Shown here piece by piece: positions 1-9,433 of a stretch of 64,000 bases of DNA. Origin of the DNA: an uncultured candidate division WWE3 bacterium (GTDB lineage: Bacteria; Patescibacteriota; WWE3; UBA101185; UBA10185). Within the stretch, counting starts at the first letter, position 1; every line of letters starts with the position of its first letter. The stretch spans positions 649,925 through 713,924 of the forward strand of contig CAIRNR010000007.1 of NCBI GenBank assembly GCA_903879985.1, written 5' to 3'. The notes beneath the pieces are model-generated. The model made no database searches. It worked only from the letters and a program-made list of their open reading frames with translations, and was not told the origin of the DNA. A program made the position numbers and the translations under genes.

Positions 1-1053
1 TATGACAAATTAAATCTCACAAGACCAAATAAATTTACAAAGGCCACCGAATACATTGAACAGCAAATAGCTTTGGTTGAGGTATTAGAGAAGAAAGGTT
101 TTACATATCAAACATCTGACGGAATTTATTTTGATACGTCAAAATTCGAAAGTTATGGCCAATTATCAGGAATGAAGGCAGATAACGTTTTAGAAGGCGC
201 ACGTGTTGAAATTAACCCTGAAAAAAAGAATGCCACAGACTTTGCTTTGTGGAAGTTGTCATCTCCTTACGAAAATAGAAGCCAAGAGTGGAAATCCCCA
301 TGGGGAACAGGTTTTCCAGGTTGGCATTTAGAGTGCTCAGCTATGGCATTGTCCGAACTTGGTAGCACTATTGATGTTCACGTTGGTGGCGAAGATCTAC
401 GTATGATTCATCACCAAAATGAAATTGCTCAAAGTGAGTGCGCTACCGAAAAGAAATTTGTTAGATATTGGATTCATTCAGCATTCATGATGGTTGATGG
501 TGGACGTATGAGTAAATCCGGGGGAACAGGGTATCTTTTATCCGATCTTGAGAAGCGTGGTTTTGACCCTATGGCTCTTAGATATTTGTACATGACAACT
601 CATTACAGAAATCAGCTAAACTTCACTTGGGAGGCCATTACATCAGCTCAGAATGCCCTTAAAAAGATATACGACTTAGCTCGTAGTTACAAACACGACG
701 ATCAAACAAAACCTTCACATGATTTTGTAAACAAATTCGCTGCAAGCGTAAGTAATGATGTAAACATGCCGGAAGCCTTGGCTGTTGTTTGGGAATTGTT
801 AAAGAGTGAAACATCTGAGCAGGAAAAATTTGCAACATTAATGGTTATGGACGAGGTTTTAGGCTTAGATATTAAAGGCCATTTAGTTTATGACACTCCG
901 CAGCATATCGTTGACATTGCTAAGACACGTCAAGAATATCGTAAGGCCGGGATTTGGGACAAAGCGGATCAGTTGCGCAAGCAAATTATTGAAGCCGGTT
1001 ATGATATTGAAGATATTCCAAGTGGTACGTATAGGTTGAAGAGGAAGATGTAA
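1..1053 (+). CDS. cysS: Cysteine--tRNA ligase, 5' truncated by window edge
   Basis: DFALWK, SPWGTGFPGWHLECSAM, HHQNEIAQSE and RMSKS motifs; frame is open from base 1. Confidence 0.97.
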   Translation, partial: YDKLNLTRPNKFTKATEYIEQQIALVEVLEKKGFTYQTSDGIYFDTSKFESYGQLSGMKADNVLEGARVEINPEKKNATDFALWKLSSPYENRSQEWKSPWGTGFPGWHLECSAMALSELGSTIDVHVGGEDLRMIHHQNEIAQSECATEKKFVRYWIHSAFMMVDGGRMSKSGGTGYLLSDLEKRGFDPMALRYLYMTTHYRNQLNFTWEAITSAQNALKKIYDLARSYKHDDQTKPSHDFVNKFAASVSNDVNMPEALAVVWELLKSETSEQEKFATLMVMDEVLGLDIKGHLVYDTPQHIVDIAKTRQEYRKAGIWDKADQLRKQIIEAGYDIEDIPSGTYRLKRKM

Positions 1054-1059
1054 GTTTTT

Positions 1060-2529
1060 ATGCTGCCTTCTGCCCTTACTTTAGAATCCGCACCTGATAC
1101 TACTTCGGACGCGATTACTTCATTGCAAGAGGTCGCAAGTTCCTATAAATCAAATTTTGAAGCCGATTGGAAAGATATTAGAACCCCGTTGAACACATGG
1201 TTTCGCTCTGATTTTATGCCTTCTGACGCTTTTAAAAAGCCTTCTATGGCTAATTTCTCGACATGTTTAGAAACTATTGAAACCTCTTTAGTTCCTAGCT
1301 ACTTTCATAAACTGTGTGACGAAGGAAAGCCTGTAAAGGAAGCTTTGGGTCAGGCCAGAGAATTATCATTTTTTGCACGACAATCGGCTGTGGCACTAAT
1401 TTTGGATTCCGAACAACTCGCAGAACAAGAAAAGAACAGCATTGCATCATTACACTTGTTACTAACGTTAGGCGATATGAGTCGCCCAAGGGATTCTTTC
1501 CATGTTTTTACTTCTATGGAAAATCAAGACTTTATAAATCTTAGATGTGAGCTACTTAAAGAAGTTGCCGATTTCGGATGGCAGTATCCTCAAGATTTCG
1601 AACATGTTATGGTTGCTGGAAAAAAATTAGGTGACAGTATTTCTGCGTATGCCAAGCATATGCCTGATTTTTCTAACGACGAGCAATCAGCACTTATGGA
1701 TGATCTAAGTGACAATGTCAGAATAAACCGTGGACGTCGTGCAGGGATACGCGGGGAAGTTTTGTCCGCAATAGCTGTTGAAAGTGTCTTAAAGTACAGC
1801 ATAAATTTAAATGAAACAGCAAAATCTCTTGGCATTAAACATTTGAGAGTGCAACAAGCCACTGCTGCAGTTGATGCAATGGGGATAGCCGACTTGGTTA
1901 TTACAGGTGATGTTGGTGGTGTAGAACAACCACTCGTAGTTATTGATGTAAAAGCTGAATTTGACGATACCAGTATGGACGCGTGGATTGTTCATGACAA
2001 CGCAAAAAAGACTGCTGAAAATAAAAGTGATACTCGACCAGAAACTATAACTAAAATAAGTGGCTATCTGCAAAACGCACGCGGATCGGAAGCAGTAGCT
2101 TGCTTTGTTACAGTACCCACAGCAAAAATTCCTGATAGTAGCGCTTATAATATCGAAACAGATGGTGATGATTCCTCTAAAGACTTTCCAAATAGTCATT
2201 TTGTAAAAGAAACGGGAATTCCAGGCGTAAGTATTCGCATTCCTTACTTATGGGTTGCCGAAGGCGGGGATTGTCACTTTGGTTATGCTAAAGATGGTAC
2301 TTCAAAAGACTTACTTGGCATATTGGCAGGTACCCATCTGAGAACGTCATTAACAACCGAAGAAATTGTGCGACCTAAAAATAGGCTGGAAGTGGAGGCA
2401 AATTCGGAAAAAGCTCATTCATTTGATATAATACTGCCTGACAACTTAGAAGGAGTTATTGGGTATTCTTTAAGAAAGGCTCTACAAAGCCGAAAAAATG
2501 TTTTAGATGGAGGCGTTGATGGACGATAA
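1060..2529 (+). CDS. Hypothetical protein, possible PD-(D/E)XK nuclease-like core
   Basis: 489-aa ORF; GIRGE...D-AMGIAD-LVI...VIDVK pattern resembles PD-(D/E)XK motifs (inference). Confidence 0.6.
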   Translation: MLPSALTLESAPDTTSDAITSLQEVASSYKSNFEADWKDIRTPLNTWFRSDFMPSDAFKKPSMANFSTCLETIETSLVPSYFHKLCDEGKPVKEALGQARELSFFARQSAVALILDSEQLAEQEKNSIASLHLLLTLGDMSRPRDSFHVFTSMENQDFINLRCELLKEVADFGWQYPQDFEHVMVAGKKLGDSISAYAKHMPDFSNDEQSALMDDLSDNVRINRGRRAGIRGEVLSAIAVESVLKYSINLNETAKSLGIKHLRVQQATAAVDAMGIADLVITGDVGGVEQPLVVIDVKAEFDDTSMDAWIVHDNAKKTAENKSDTRPETITKISGYLQNARGSEAVACFVTVPTAKIPDSSAYNIETDGDDSSKDFPNSHFVKETGIPGVSIRIPYLWVAEGGDCHFGYAKDGTSKDLLGILAGTHLRTSLTTEEIVRPKNRLEVEANSEKAHSFDIILPDNLEGVIGYSLRKALQSRKNVLDGGVDGR

Positions 2530-2677
2530 ACCTCAAGAAAAAGATGAAGAAAATTTTGTGAAATATGCGACCGTAGAGAATTTAGTTCGGCAGAAACAAA
2601 GCCCCGTTAAAATCTTCCAAAAACTGCAAACTGTTTTGGAATCGATTTTCTCGCGTTTTGAGAAGCCGAACGAGTAG
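2519..2677 (+). CDS. Small 52-aa hypothetical protein (not in ORF track)
   Basis: GGAGG 5 nt before ATG 2519; MDDKPQEKDEENFVKY...FEKPNE then TAG TAA TAA; overlaps upstream stop. Confidence 0.55.
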   Translation: MDDKPQEKDEENFVKYATVENLVRQKQSPVKIFQKLQTVLESIFSRFEKPNE

Positions 2678-2700
2678 TAATAAGAAATAAAGTGTTAGTG

Positions 2701-2734
2701 AACCCGCGATAAGAAATTATGGCGGGTTTTTTTT
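2701..2734 (+). terminator. Intrinsic terminator
   Basis: AACCCGC...GCGGGTT followed by T-run. Confidence 0.75.
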
Positions 2735-2770
2735 GTTTCATATAAGTTTGGGCCGGTATATCATATAGCT

Positions 2771-4909
2771 ATGTTATTGTCCGCTGAATTACCAACCGAA
2801 GAATTTACTCCGGAAATACCTTTAGAACAACAGCTATGGCCCGAGGCAATAGAATCCCCCAAAATTAAATTAGATATACCAGAAAATACGGCAACTGATT
2901 TTGCACCCCCTCAAGTAAGTGTTATTTCCGATGAACACATCTCAAATGAGCTAAACATAGACTTAAATATTGATAGGGAATCGTTTTCTCAGGCAAACCA
3001 TGCTTTTCAGAGATTATCCGCAACATATCCATCGGGCATTAAAGTTGGTTTTTCCAACGACTTAGATATTGAGGATATTCCTAAAAGAGACATACGCGAT
3101 TTGGGCGTTATTTTGGATACATGGAACAACGCGAACGAAACTTACTTTTACTTGGACTCTCGTCCTCATCAGTATTTTTACTCGCCAATAAAGGAACAAT
3201 GGGATGACTTAGCAGTTGAGCAGAAAGCACATTTGCGTACAGTTTTAGGTGTTAACTTCGATACACTAGCACAAGATTTCTTTTCTGGTAGTGGAGATGT
3301 ACCCGACGGTATAAGAACCTTACAAGAATTAATTAAAAACCCAGATTTCCAGGAAAAGGAAAACTTAACTAACTATCTGATGCAAGAAGGTTGGTTAGCA
3401 AAAAGAAATTTCTTTAGATCCAACCCAAACGAGGATGAAAACACATATTCGCGGTCACGCTATAGTTACGAATATACAAAATTCGAAATAAATCAACTCT
3501 TATGCTCAGCTGCAGTCGATCTTGCTGAACAAGGAAATAGCGCTCAGTTGGGTACCATATTAGAACATTTTGCTTTCTCAAGAGTACCTTCAGATTCCCG
3601 ATTCAATTTAGGTGATTTTCCAAGTCCTTACGAAGATGCTACAAGCGTATTACTAGACGAAAATCTTTCTTCGGACGGAAGAAGGGTAGTGTTGAAAGAA
3701 TTCGTAAAGGTCTTTGGGCCAATTAGCACTGTTGATACTTTGTCTAACAAGATACATGCTTTAAGTCGTACTGGTAACAATAAAGAAGAATCATATATCA
3801 AAGATTTAATTAACCTTTATTCCTTGATTGAAGGTGAAAATGTTTTAGCACCTATGGAAAAGTTGACTAATGTTTATGACGTTGTTGATTATGCCGCTCT
3901 AGATAGACCTGAACTTACAGCTAAAGAAGCAACAAGATTGGAAGCAGTTGCTAGGTTATTTGCTGAAGGTGCTGAGTACAGTACTGTTGACGGGCATGTA
4001 GTAAAATTTGCTTCCACAGCTCCAGCCAAGGAACAAACAGAAGTAGTAATACTGGACACAGGTGCAGGCAATGCCCGCGTTTCCCGAGAACTTTTTATAC
4101 GTGGCTATAAAAATTGTTCGGCATTAGAATACGACCCAAAAAATATACGTTATGCATTGGAAAAGCGTCCCAGTGAGGATTTTGGGATACTCCGTGGTAG
4201 TTGGCATAACATACCCCTTGCTACGGCTGATTACACAAATATGAATAAAGCTATTGATGTTTGTTTCACTACAGAGAGGTCTTTTTTACATGATCGTACT
4301 GCGGCGGAATGGTTTGGTTTATTTGATGAATTTAGGAGGGTTTCCCATTACAGAGCAATGCTTTATATGGATTTACCCGATATTAATTCCGGTGTTTATA
4401 AAGAACGCGATGATGCTTTTAGAACTAATTTGCGTGAAAATTTAGATATAACCGATAAAGAGAGTCATATTATTTTTGATGGCCCCGGCAAAGTAAAATT
4501 TAATAGGATGGCTATATCAGAAGAGCAATTAGCTATTTATTGTCGACTATTTGGTCTTGTTCAAATTAATAGAGAGGTAGATCCAAGACCTGACGAGGAT
4601 ATGACCGACCTTTATTTCACACTGGCAAAAGATCAAAACTGGCTTTCCGGAGACATCTCCAGAGAGGAGTTATGGAATTCCATGGCAAAGTTAGGTATGT
4701 TCGATTTCGATGTAGATTACAACATGTTTGTGGAATCTTGGGGCATGACAATAGGACAAGCGCTATTGTTTGGTTTGGATACAACAGGTTCTCTCCATAG
4801 TTCTCCATACCTAGAGGATTTGTTCAAAAAGCGAAAAGGTCCAGCGGTTTGGGTTGATAACAAAGGCGGCAGATTGAACTTGAGGTCTGAATGGCCATCT
4901 TATGAATGA
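2771..4909 (+). CDS. Large protein with C-terminal class I SAM-dependent methyltransferase domain
   Basis: VILDTGAGNARVS motif I, ALEYD, RGSWHNIP, SFLH; N-terminal half unassigned. Confidence 0.7.
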   Translation: MLLSAELPTEEFTPEIPLEQQLWPEAIESPKIKLDIPENTATDFAPPQVSVISDEHISNELNIDLNIDRESFSQANHAFQRLSATYPSGIKVGFSNDLDIEDIPKRDIRDLGVILDTWNNANETYFYLDSRPHQYFYSPIKEQWDDLAVEQKAHLRTVLGVNFDTLAQDFFSGSGDVPDGIRTLQELIKNPDFQEKENLTNYLMQEGWLAKRNFFRSNPNEDENTYSRSRYSYEYTKFEINQLLCSAAVDLAEQGNSAQLGTILEHFAFSRVPSDSRFNLGDFPSPYEDATSVLLDENLSSDGRRVVLKEFVKVFGPISTVDTLSNKIHALSRTGNNKEESYIKDLINLYSLIEGENVLAPMEKLTNVYDVVDYAALDRPELTAKEATRLEAVARLFAEGAEYSTVDGHVVKFASTAPAKEQTEVVILDTGAGNARVSRELFIRGYKNCSALEYDPKNIRYALEKRPSEDFGILRGSWHNIPLATADYTNMNKAIDVCFTTERSFLHDRTAAEWFGLFDEFRRVSHYRAMLYMDLPDINSGVYKERDDAFRTNLRENLDITDKESHIIFDGPGKVKFNRMAISEEQLAIYCRLFGLVQINREVDPRPDEDMTDLYFTLAKDQNWLSGDISREELWNSMAKLGMFDFDVDYNMFVESWGMTIGQALLFGLDTTGSLHSSPYLEDLFKKRKGPAVWVDNKGGRLNLRSEWPSYE

Positions 4910-5679
4910 TTGGTTTTAGTATAATCGTCTGCTTTTTCCCAAGCCAAAGTAAACATTGCTCTCATTGTATTGGCAATAAGGTCGTTTTGAACTATAATTC
5001 CCACTAAGTCGCCATCTTTGTGAAAGTTAATGAATGCGACTTTACTGCTATAAATGTCTACTTCAATACCAATAGGGAACTTCTCTTTTGGTACAACTCT
5101 TGTTTCACGCTTTTCCTTTTCATTTTTACTGATATATGTTTTGGTTTTTGCGTCCTCTGCAACGATAACTTTAGCCCAAATGTTAGCCACAGCTCTTTCC
5201 TTTCCATATGTGTGCGAAAGCCATTCATACACCTTTGGATCAACCTCTGATGTTTGTAGAATCGCCCAAATCTCTTTACCCTCTTTAAGAGTGTCGTTGT
5301 AGACCTCTTTAATGCCATTGATTCCTTCATATATCTTCACACCGGGTTTATTATCAGTTGTTTTGAATGCCGTAATTAGCTGGGGTAGGTAAGTCTGCAG
5401 AGTTAGTTGGTGGTTTTGAGCTTCTTTTAACTGTTCCTCTACGAGTTCTGAAAGTTTGTAAGGATGTTCGGCACGGAAGTGAAGCTTCTTTTTAATTTTT
5501 AATTGAGAGGCAAGTCCTTTATTTTGAAGATCATACAGAGTTTTATAAACAATTCCTCTTTTCAATCCAGATTTTTTAATAATATCTAAGACTGGCAAAA
5601 TGCCCTGTTCGAGCAAGATGTCATAAACAATTGCTTCTTTATCTTTTAGCCCTGATTCTTTGAGAGTTTTTGAATACAT
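4900..5679 (-). CDS. TrmB-family transcriptional regulator
   Basis: GL..KEA.VY..LL..G; HTH SGLKRGIVYKTLYDLQNKGL; YEGINGIK; EVDIYSSKVA; F.LAW. Confidence 0.9.
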   Translation of the reverse strand: MYSKTLKESGLKDKEAIVYDILLEQGILPVLDIIKKSGLKRGIVYKTLYDLQNKGLASQLKIKKKLHFRAEHPYKLSELVEEQLKEAQNHQLTLQTYLPQLITAFKTTDNKPGVKIYEGINGIKEVYNDTLKEGKEIWAILQTSEVDPKVYEWLSHTYGKERAVANIWAKVIVAEDAKTKTYISKNEKEKRETRVVPKEKFPIGIEVDIYSSKVAFINFHKDGDLVGIIVQNDLIANTMRAMFTLAWEKADDYTKTNHS

Positions 5680-5828
5680 AACTAATATAAACGTAGCAAA
5701 GTTCTAATACTGTGTCAACATGTTAATTGTCAAAACAATTTGACGTATCCTGTAACCCGTAGTAATATGTGTTAAGTAAAAAAAGGGAAATACCCCTGAG
5801 TGCTCGCAGGAAATGTTATCAAAGTGAC

Positions 5829-5857
5829 TTGACAGGACATGAACTATAGGGTACAAT
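5829..5857 (+). promoter_or_regulatory. Near-consensus sigma70 promoter of the orphan-gene array
   Basis: TTGACA-17bp-TACAAT. Confidence 0.8.
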
Positions 5858-5965
5858 GGTTTTAGAAGGTTGAAGCAGAGTACATTCAAAACTAAATATA
5901 GAAACCGTTTATTTAAGGAGAGAACCTAACGTCTCAAGCCTAATAGAATAAATATAGTGCAATTA

Positions 5966-6043
5966 AAAAGGCCGAGATTTGGTGAGAAGCTATAAAGCGT
6001 AATGCTGTAGCGTATTTTCCTCAGATCTCGGCTTTATTTTTTT
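5966..6043 (+). terminator. Long leader hairpin with U-tract (attenuator-like)
   Basis: GCCGAGAT...ATCTCGGC followed by TTTATTTTTT, about 110 nt after the promoter. Confidence 0.55.
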
Positions 6044-6425
6044 CCTCATATTGTTCTTAGCCAGAAACCTACCTGTAAGGTACGGAAATACTGTTAATAC
6101 CCAAATCGGAAGCAATATGCTGTCCAACAAAAAGGGAGAGAGTTTAACAGGGTCTACCGACCATTACAGATAGATTTTTGCCTATGACAAAGTGTGTCAA
6201 GACAATTAGAAGGAGAGTACGTTGAAAATCGAATACTAATTATCAGAATTTTAGATTTTGACAACAGGGGAGTGAAGCATGTTTTGGATTAAGCCTTAGC
6301 GTGTTTTTCTCCCTGAGTTGTGGCTCCGTAGCAGCTTTTAACTTGCAGTTAGTATTTGCGGGTTTGAGGGTTGGTATGGGAAGTAATCAATATAGAAATG
6401 AAACCAAATGAAAAAGGAGAGTGTT

Positions 6426-6812
6426 ATGTTAGTAAAACAGATAAAAACAAGAAATGCCCATGTTGCAAGCGTTCAGACGTGGGGCGGGGGTTTGAGGGAA
6501 AACGACGACGACTGCTATGAAGCAGCTTTTTTCCCGAATTCTATCTCCGCGGTTATCGGGCTGGTTGAAGAGAGGGACACCTGGTTAATTAGTCAATTTA
6601 AGGTTAAACCAGGTGAAATTTTTTACCAAGGAGTGTGGTGTGATGACGATAGGGTCGGGGGTTGTATTTCCGATGATCGTAATGGAAAAAAGCCTTTCAT
6701 GGACCAGGCACCTGCACCAAATAATTATTTTGGTAATTGGGAGTGTGTCATAGCCGGAAACAATAATTCCGACTTTTCACAATTACCACCAGTTTCACAG
6801 TTTTTTTCATAA
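6426..6812 (+). CDS. Hypothetical protein (array gene 1)
   Basis: AAGGAG SD before ATG 6426; followed by repeat hairpin. Confidence 0.75.
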   Translation: MLVKQIKTRNAHVASVQTWGGGLRENDDDCYEAAFFPNSISAVIGLVEERDTWLISQFKVKPGEIFYQGVWCDDDRVGGCISDDRNGKKPFMDQAPAPNNYFGNWECVIAGNNNSDFSQLPPVSQFFS

Positions 6813-6817
6813 TCTTT

Positions 6818-6982
6818 ATTTAACAAGGAGGTACTTGGAAGCTTAACAGCGCCAATTACCTCCTAAGTTCTTTCATTAATATTGAATTCCCCGATGTTGT
6901 TCTAAGAACATAGAGCTATTACGGGAAATTTAAATGAAAGTTAACCTTGTCCAAGATTAGGGCATTGTATTAAAAAAGGAGA
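6818..6982 (+). repeat. Structured intergenic repeat, copy 1 (hairpin A + leader B ending in SD)
   Basis: GGAGGTACTTGGAAGCTTAACAGCGCCAATTACCTCC ... TTCCCCG..CGGGAA ... AAGGAGA; near-identical to 8401-8560. Confidence 0.95.
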
Positions 6983-6989
6983 AACATAA

Positions 6990-7592
6990 ATGAAAGCAAC
7001 AATAAGTTCTAAATTGTTTGCGGCTTTGGAAGCAACGGTTCGGGAAGTAGAAGTTCCTGTTGCTGATTTGCTTCGTGACCTGAAAGCGTTTACCGTTACT
7101 AAGGTGGCTGGAACAGACGTGGAACAAGCTCTGGTGTATGTCCTGAATCAGGAGGAAGGTTTTACTAATCTTTCGAAGGATTTTGTAGACGCTACCTTTC
7201 TTATGAGCTGGCCTGCGATAAAAGATGGAACAATATTTGTTAAGGATGAATTCGAAATACCTGAATTTGGTCCTGTTGTAAGGCATGTAAGTATTTCCAA
7301 CCTATATATAGGAGGAAAGTTTGATAATGGTCAGGCAAAAGAATTGGCTCAAGCGGTATATACGGTAATCCAATACGCTTGGATACGAAGTCATCCAAGG
7401 GATGATATGCCTCAAATAACTCCAATTTGGGAGCTGAACCTCCGAGGATTTCTCTTTCGAGAAAATGTCGTCCGGGGTGGAAGTGGATCACGCGAAGTCG
7501 CATTTGTGCTGACCGAAGAAATGGCTTTGATAAACGCTGCGGCCGAAGCTTGTAAAAAACTGGACCCTAGGCTCGCGCTTTGGACTTTTTGA
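6990..7592 (+). CDS. Hypothetical protein (array gene 2), paralog of 8567..9205
   Basis: SD AAGGAG; shared VP..DL...K.FTV, VLNQEEG, M.WPAI, WI..HPR motifs. Confidence 0.85.
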   Translation: MKATISSKLFAALEATVREVEVPVADLLRDLKAFTVTKVAGTDVEQALVYVLNQEEGFTNLSKDFVDATFLMSWPAIKDGTIFVKDEFEIPEFGPVVRHVSISNLYIGGKFDNGQAKELAQAVYTVIQYAWIRSHPRDDMPQITPIWELNLRGFLFRENVVRGGSGSREVAFVLTEEMALINAAAEACKKLDPRLALWTF

Positions 7593-7663
7593 ACTAATAA
7601 ATTCTAAACTGCTATAAAAACCAAAATATTCTATAAACAAAATGATGTAAGGAGATAAATATA

Positions 7664-8395
7664 ATGTCAGGAAACATTTGGACTCTATTTGATGATGGAC
7701 AGCGGAGGATTGAATTTCAAAGTCTCCCTTTTGGCGCCAAAATAACCGCTTTCAATGATAAACCGGTTTTGGCCGAAGATGTTATTGTTTATGAGATTCC
7801 GTCTCAGGAGGATGGTATTCTTTCTAGGTTGGGAATTGTGATCATGCCCGCAGAGCTTCCAATGCACGCCTACGTAGTAGCGCATGCTTATGAAATGGGC
7901 GTTGTACGTACCTGCCTTTATTGGAATTGGTTCGAAGGTATGGAAGTTATCAAAGGACTTTTTGCATCCATTGGTAAAGAAATGTCTATACTACCTGTTA
8001 CTCCAATGTCCTTGCCCGATCCTAATAAGGAATTGCCACTTAGCTATGTGACAACGTTGGGAGAAGGTATTACCAAGAAGGATACGGTATCATCCGCGGA
8101 TGCCTTTTGGTGGAGGACGCCTTCTTACCCATCTTCCGTGTGGAGCTTGAAAACTTTCGAGCTGCTGGGTTTAACTGGTACTGACCAAGAAATTATGGCT
8201 ACCCTAGAGCCGCACGACGGTGGTTGGAACTCACCTTTAGGTCAATTTGTTTCAGTAGTGGGGGACCTGTTATATGATTTTGAGCACGGTCACCTAAATG
8301 GCTATTGCACGTTGCACCTTGATTTACAGCAGCCGCTTCTTATTGAAGAATGCCGTCTCTTGATTAAGGAACTGCGAGAAGAGCTATATAAATAA
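7664..8395 (+). CDS. Hypothetical protein (array gene 3)
   Basis: 243-aa ORF with SD AAGGAG. Confidence 0.8.
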   Translation: MSGNIWTLFDDGQRRIEFQSLPFGAKITAFNDKPVLAEDVIVYEIPSQEDGILSRLGIVIMPAELPMHAYVVAHAYEMGVVRTCLYWNWFEGMEVIKGLFASIGKEMSILPVTPMSLPDPNKELPLSYVTTLGEGITKKDTVSSADAFWWRTPSYPSSVWSLKTFELLGLTGTDQEIMATLEPHDGGWNSPLGQFVSVVGDLLYDFEHGHLNGYCTLHLDLQQPLLIEECRLLIKELREELYK

Positions 8396-8400
8396 TTTTT

Positions 8401-8560
8401 ATCTAACAGGGAGGTACTTGGAAGCTTAACAGCACCAATTACCTCCTTAGTTCTTTAATATTGAATTCCCCGATGTTGTTCTAAGAACATAGAGCTATTA
8501 CGGGAAATTTAAATGAAAGTTAACCTTGTCCAAGATTAGGGCATTGTATTAAAAAGGAGA
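8401..8560 (+). repeat. Structured intergenic repeat, copy 2
   Basis: Differs from copy 1 by a few substitutions and two short indels. Confidence 0.95.
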
Positions 8561-8566
8561 GGAATT

Positions 8567-9205
8567 ATGTCAGGATTAATTAGCAAGGGATTAAAAAAGG
8601 CGCTTAAGGAAACGCGGATTGAGTATAAAGTTCCTATCAGAGACCTAATGCATAACCCGAAAGGATTTACAGTAAACACAATGCCTTACGATGGTGAAGC
8701 CATGGCATATTGCGATGTATTGGTATTAAACCAGGAAGAAGGACTAGCTGCTTTTCCCATTGACTCCGAATTTAAGCGAGGCTTTCCGGGCGCTGATGTA
8801 CTTTTTGATTTCTTTATGAATTGGCCGGCAATCGTGGCCACAAAGGAAATCGTTGTGGTTGATTCGTTTATCGCAACAGATGACGATATTATTAGGCGGA
8901 ATATCTTCTTTTCGTCTCCATACATAGAGTCGTGGTATGACGGATGTGAACAAGAACCGGAGTATGTGCGTCCCCGAGAAATAGTCAAAGAAGTTAATGC
9001 CTTCATACGCAATACTTGGATAAAGACGCATCCTCGCAAAACTCCTAATGTTATGCCCATATACGACAGGCAAACCATTATGGCGTTGATTTCCAACGAT
9101 ATTATTGAAGGTGAATATTATTCGAGACGTACTGCGTTAGTTCTGCTAAAAGAGTTTCAGGTGATTAAGAGGCTAATTAATACACTCGATCAATTGAAAT
9201 CCTAA
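8567..9205 (+). CDS. Hypothetical protein (array gene 4), paralog of 6990..7592
   Basis: SD AAGGAG; VLNQEEG, MNWPAI, WIKTHPR. Confidence 0.85.
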   Translation: MSGLISKGLKKALKETRIEYKVPIRDLMHNPKGFTVNTMPYDGEAMAYCDVLVLNQEEGLAAFPIDSEFKRGFPGADVLFDFFMNWPAIVATKEIVVVDSFIATDDDIIRRNIFFSSPYIESWYDGCEQEPEYVRPREIVKEVNAFIRNTWIKTHPRKTPNVMPIYDRQTIMALISNDIIEGEYYSRRTALVLLKEFQVIKRLINTLDQLKS

Positions 9206-9214
9206 TATAGCAAT

Positions 9215-9261
9215 AGGGAGGTACCTGGAAGCTTTACAGCACCAAATACCTCCTTAGTTCT
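9215..9261 (+). repeat. Structured intergenic repeat, copy 3 (hairpin A only)
   Basis: GGAGGTACCTGGAAGCTTTACAGCACCAAATACCTCCTTAGTTCT. Confidence 0.9.
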
Positions 9262-9301
9262 AACTATATGTAGTGCTAGTGCTCAACCATTTTGAGCGCA
9301 G

Positions 9302-9380
9302 AAAAGCCCGAATATTTGTGTGTTAATCGGAAGGTAGGACCGATTAACTTAAACACAACATGTCCGGGCTTTTTTGTTTT
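9302..9380 (+). terminator. Long hairpin terminator closing the array
   Basis: AAAAGCCCG..GTTAATCGG/CCGATTAAC..CGGGCTTTTTT. Confidence 0.75.
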
Positions 9381-9433
9381 CACGGCTATTATTAGATATA
9401 GCGGCCGACCAGCTTTGCTGGTAAAATCACCCC

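Noticed and set aside
6818..9261. Repeats as a CRISPR array
   Set aside because: Spacers are whole genes of 600-1400 bp and no cas genes are present
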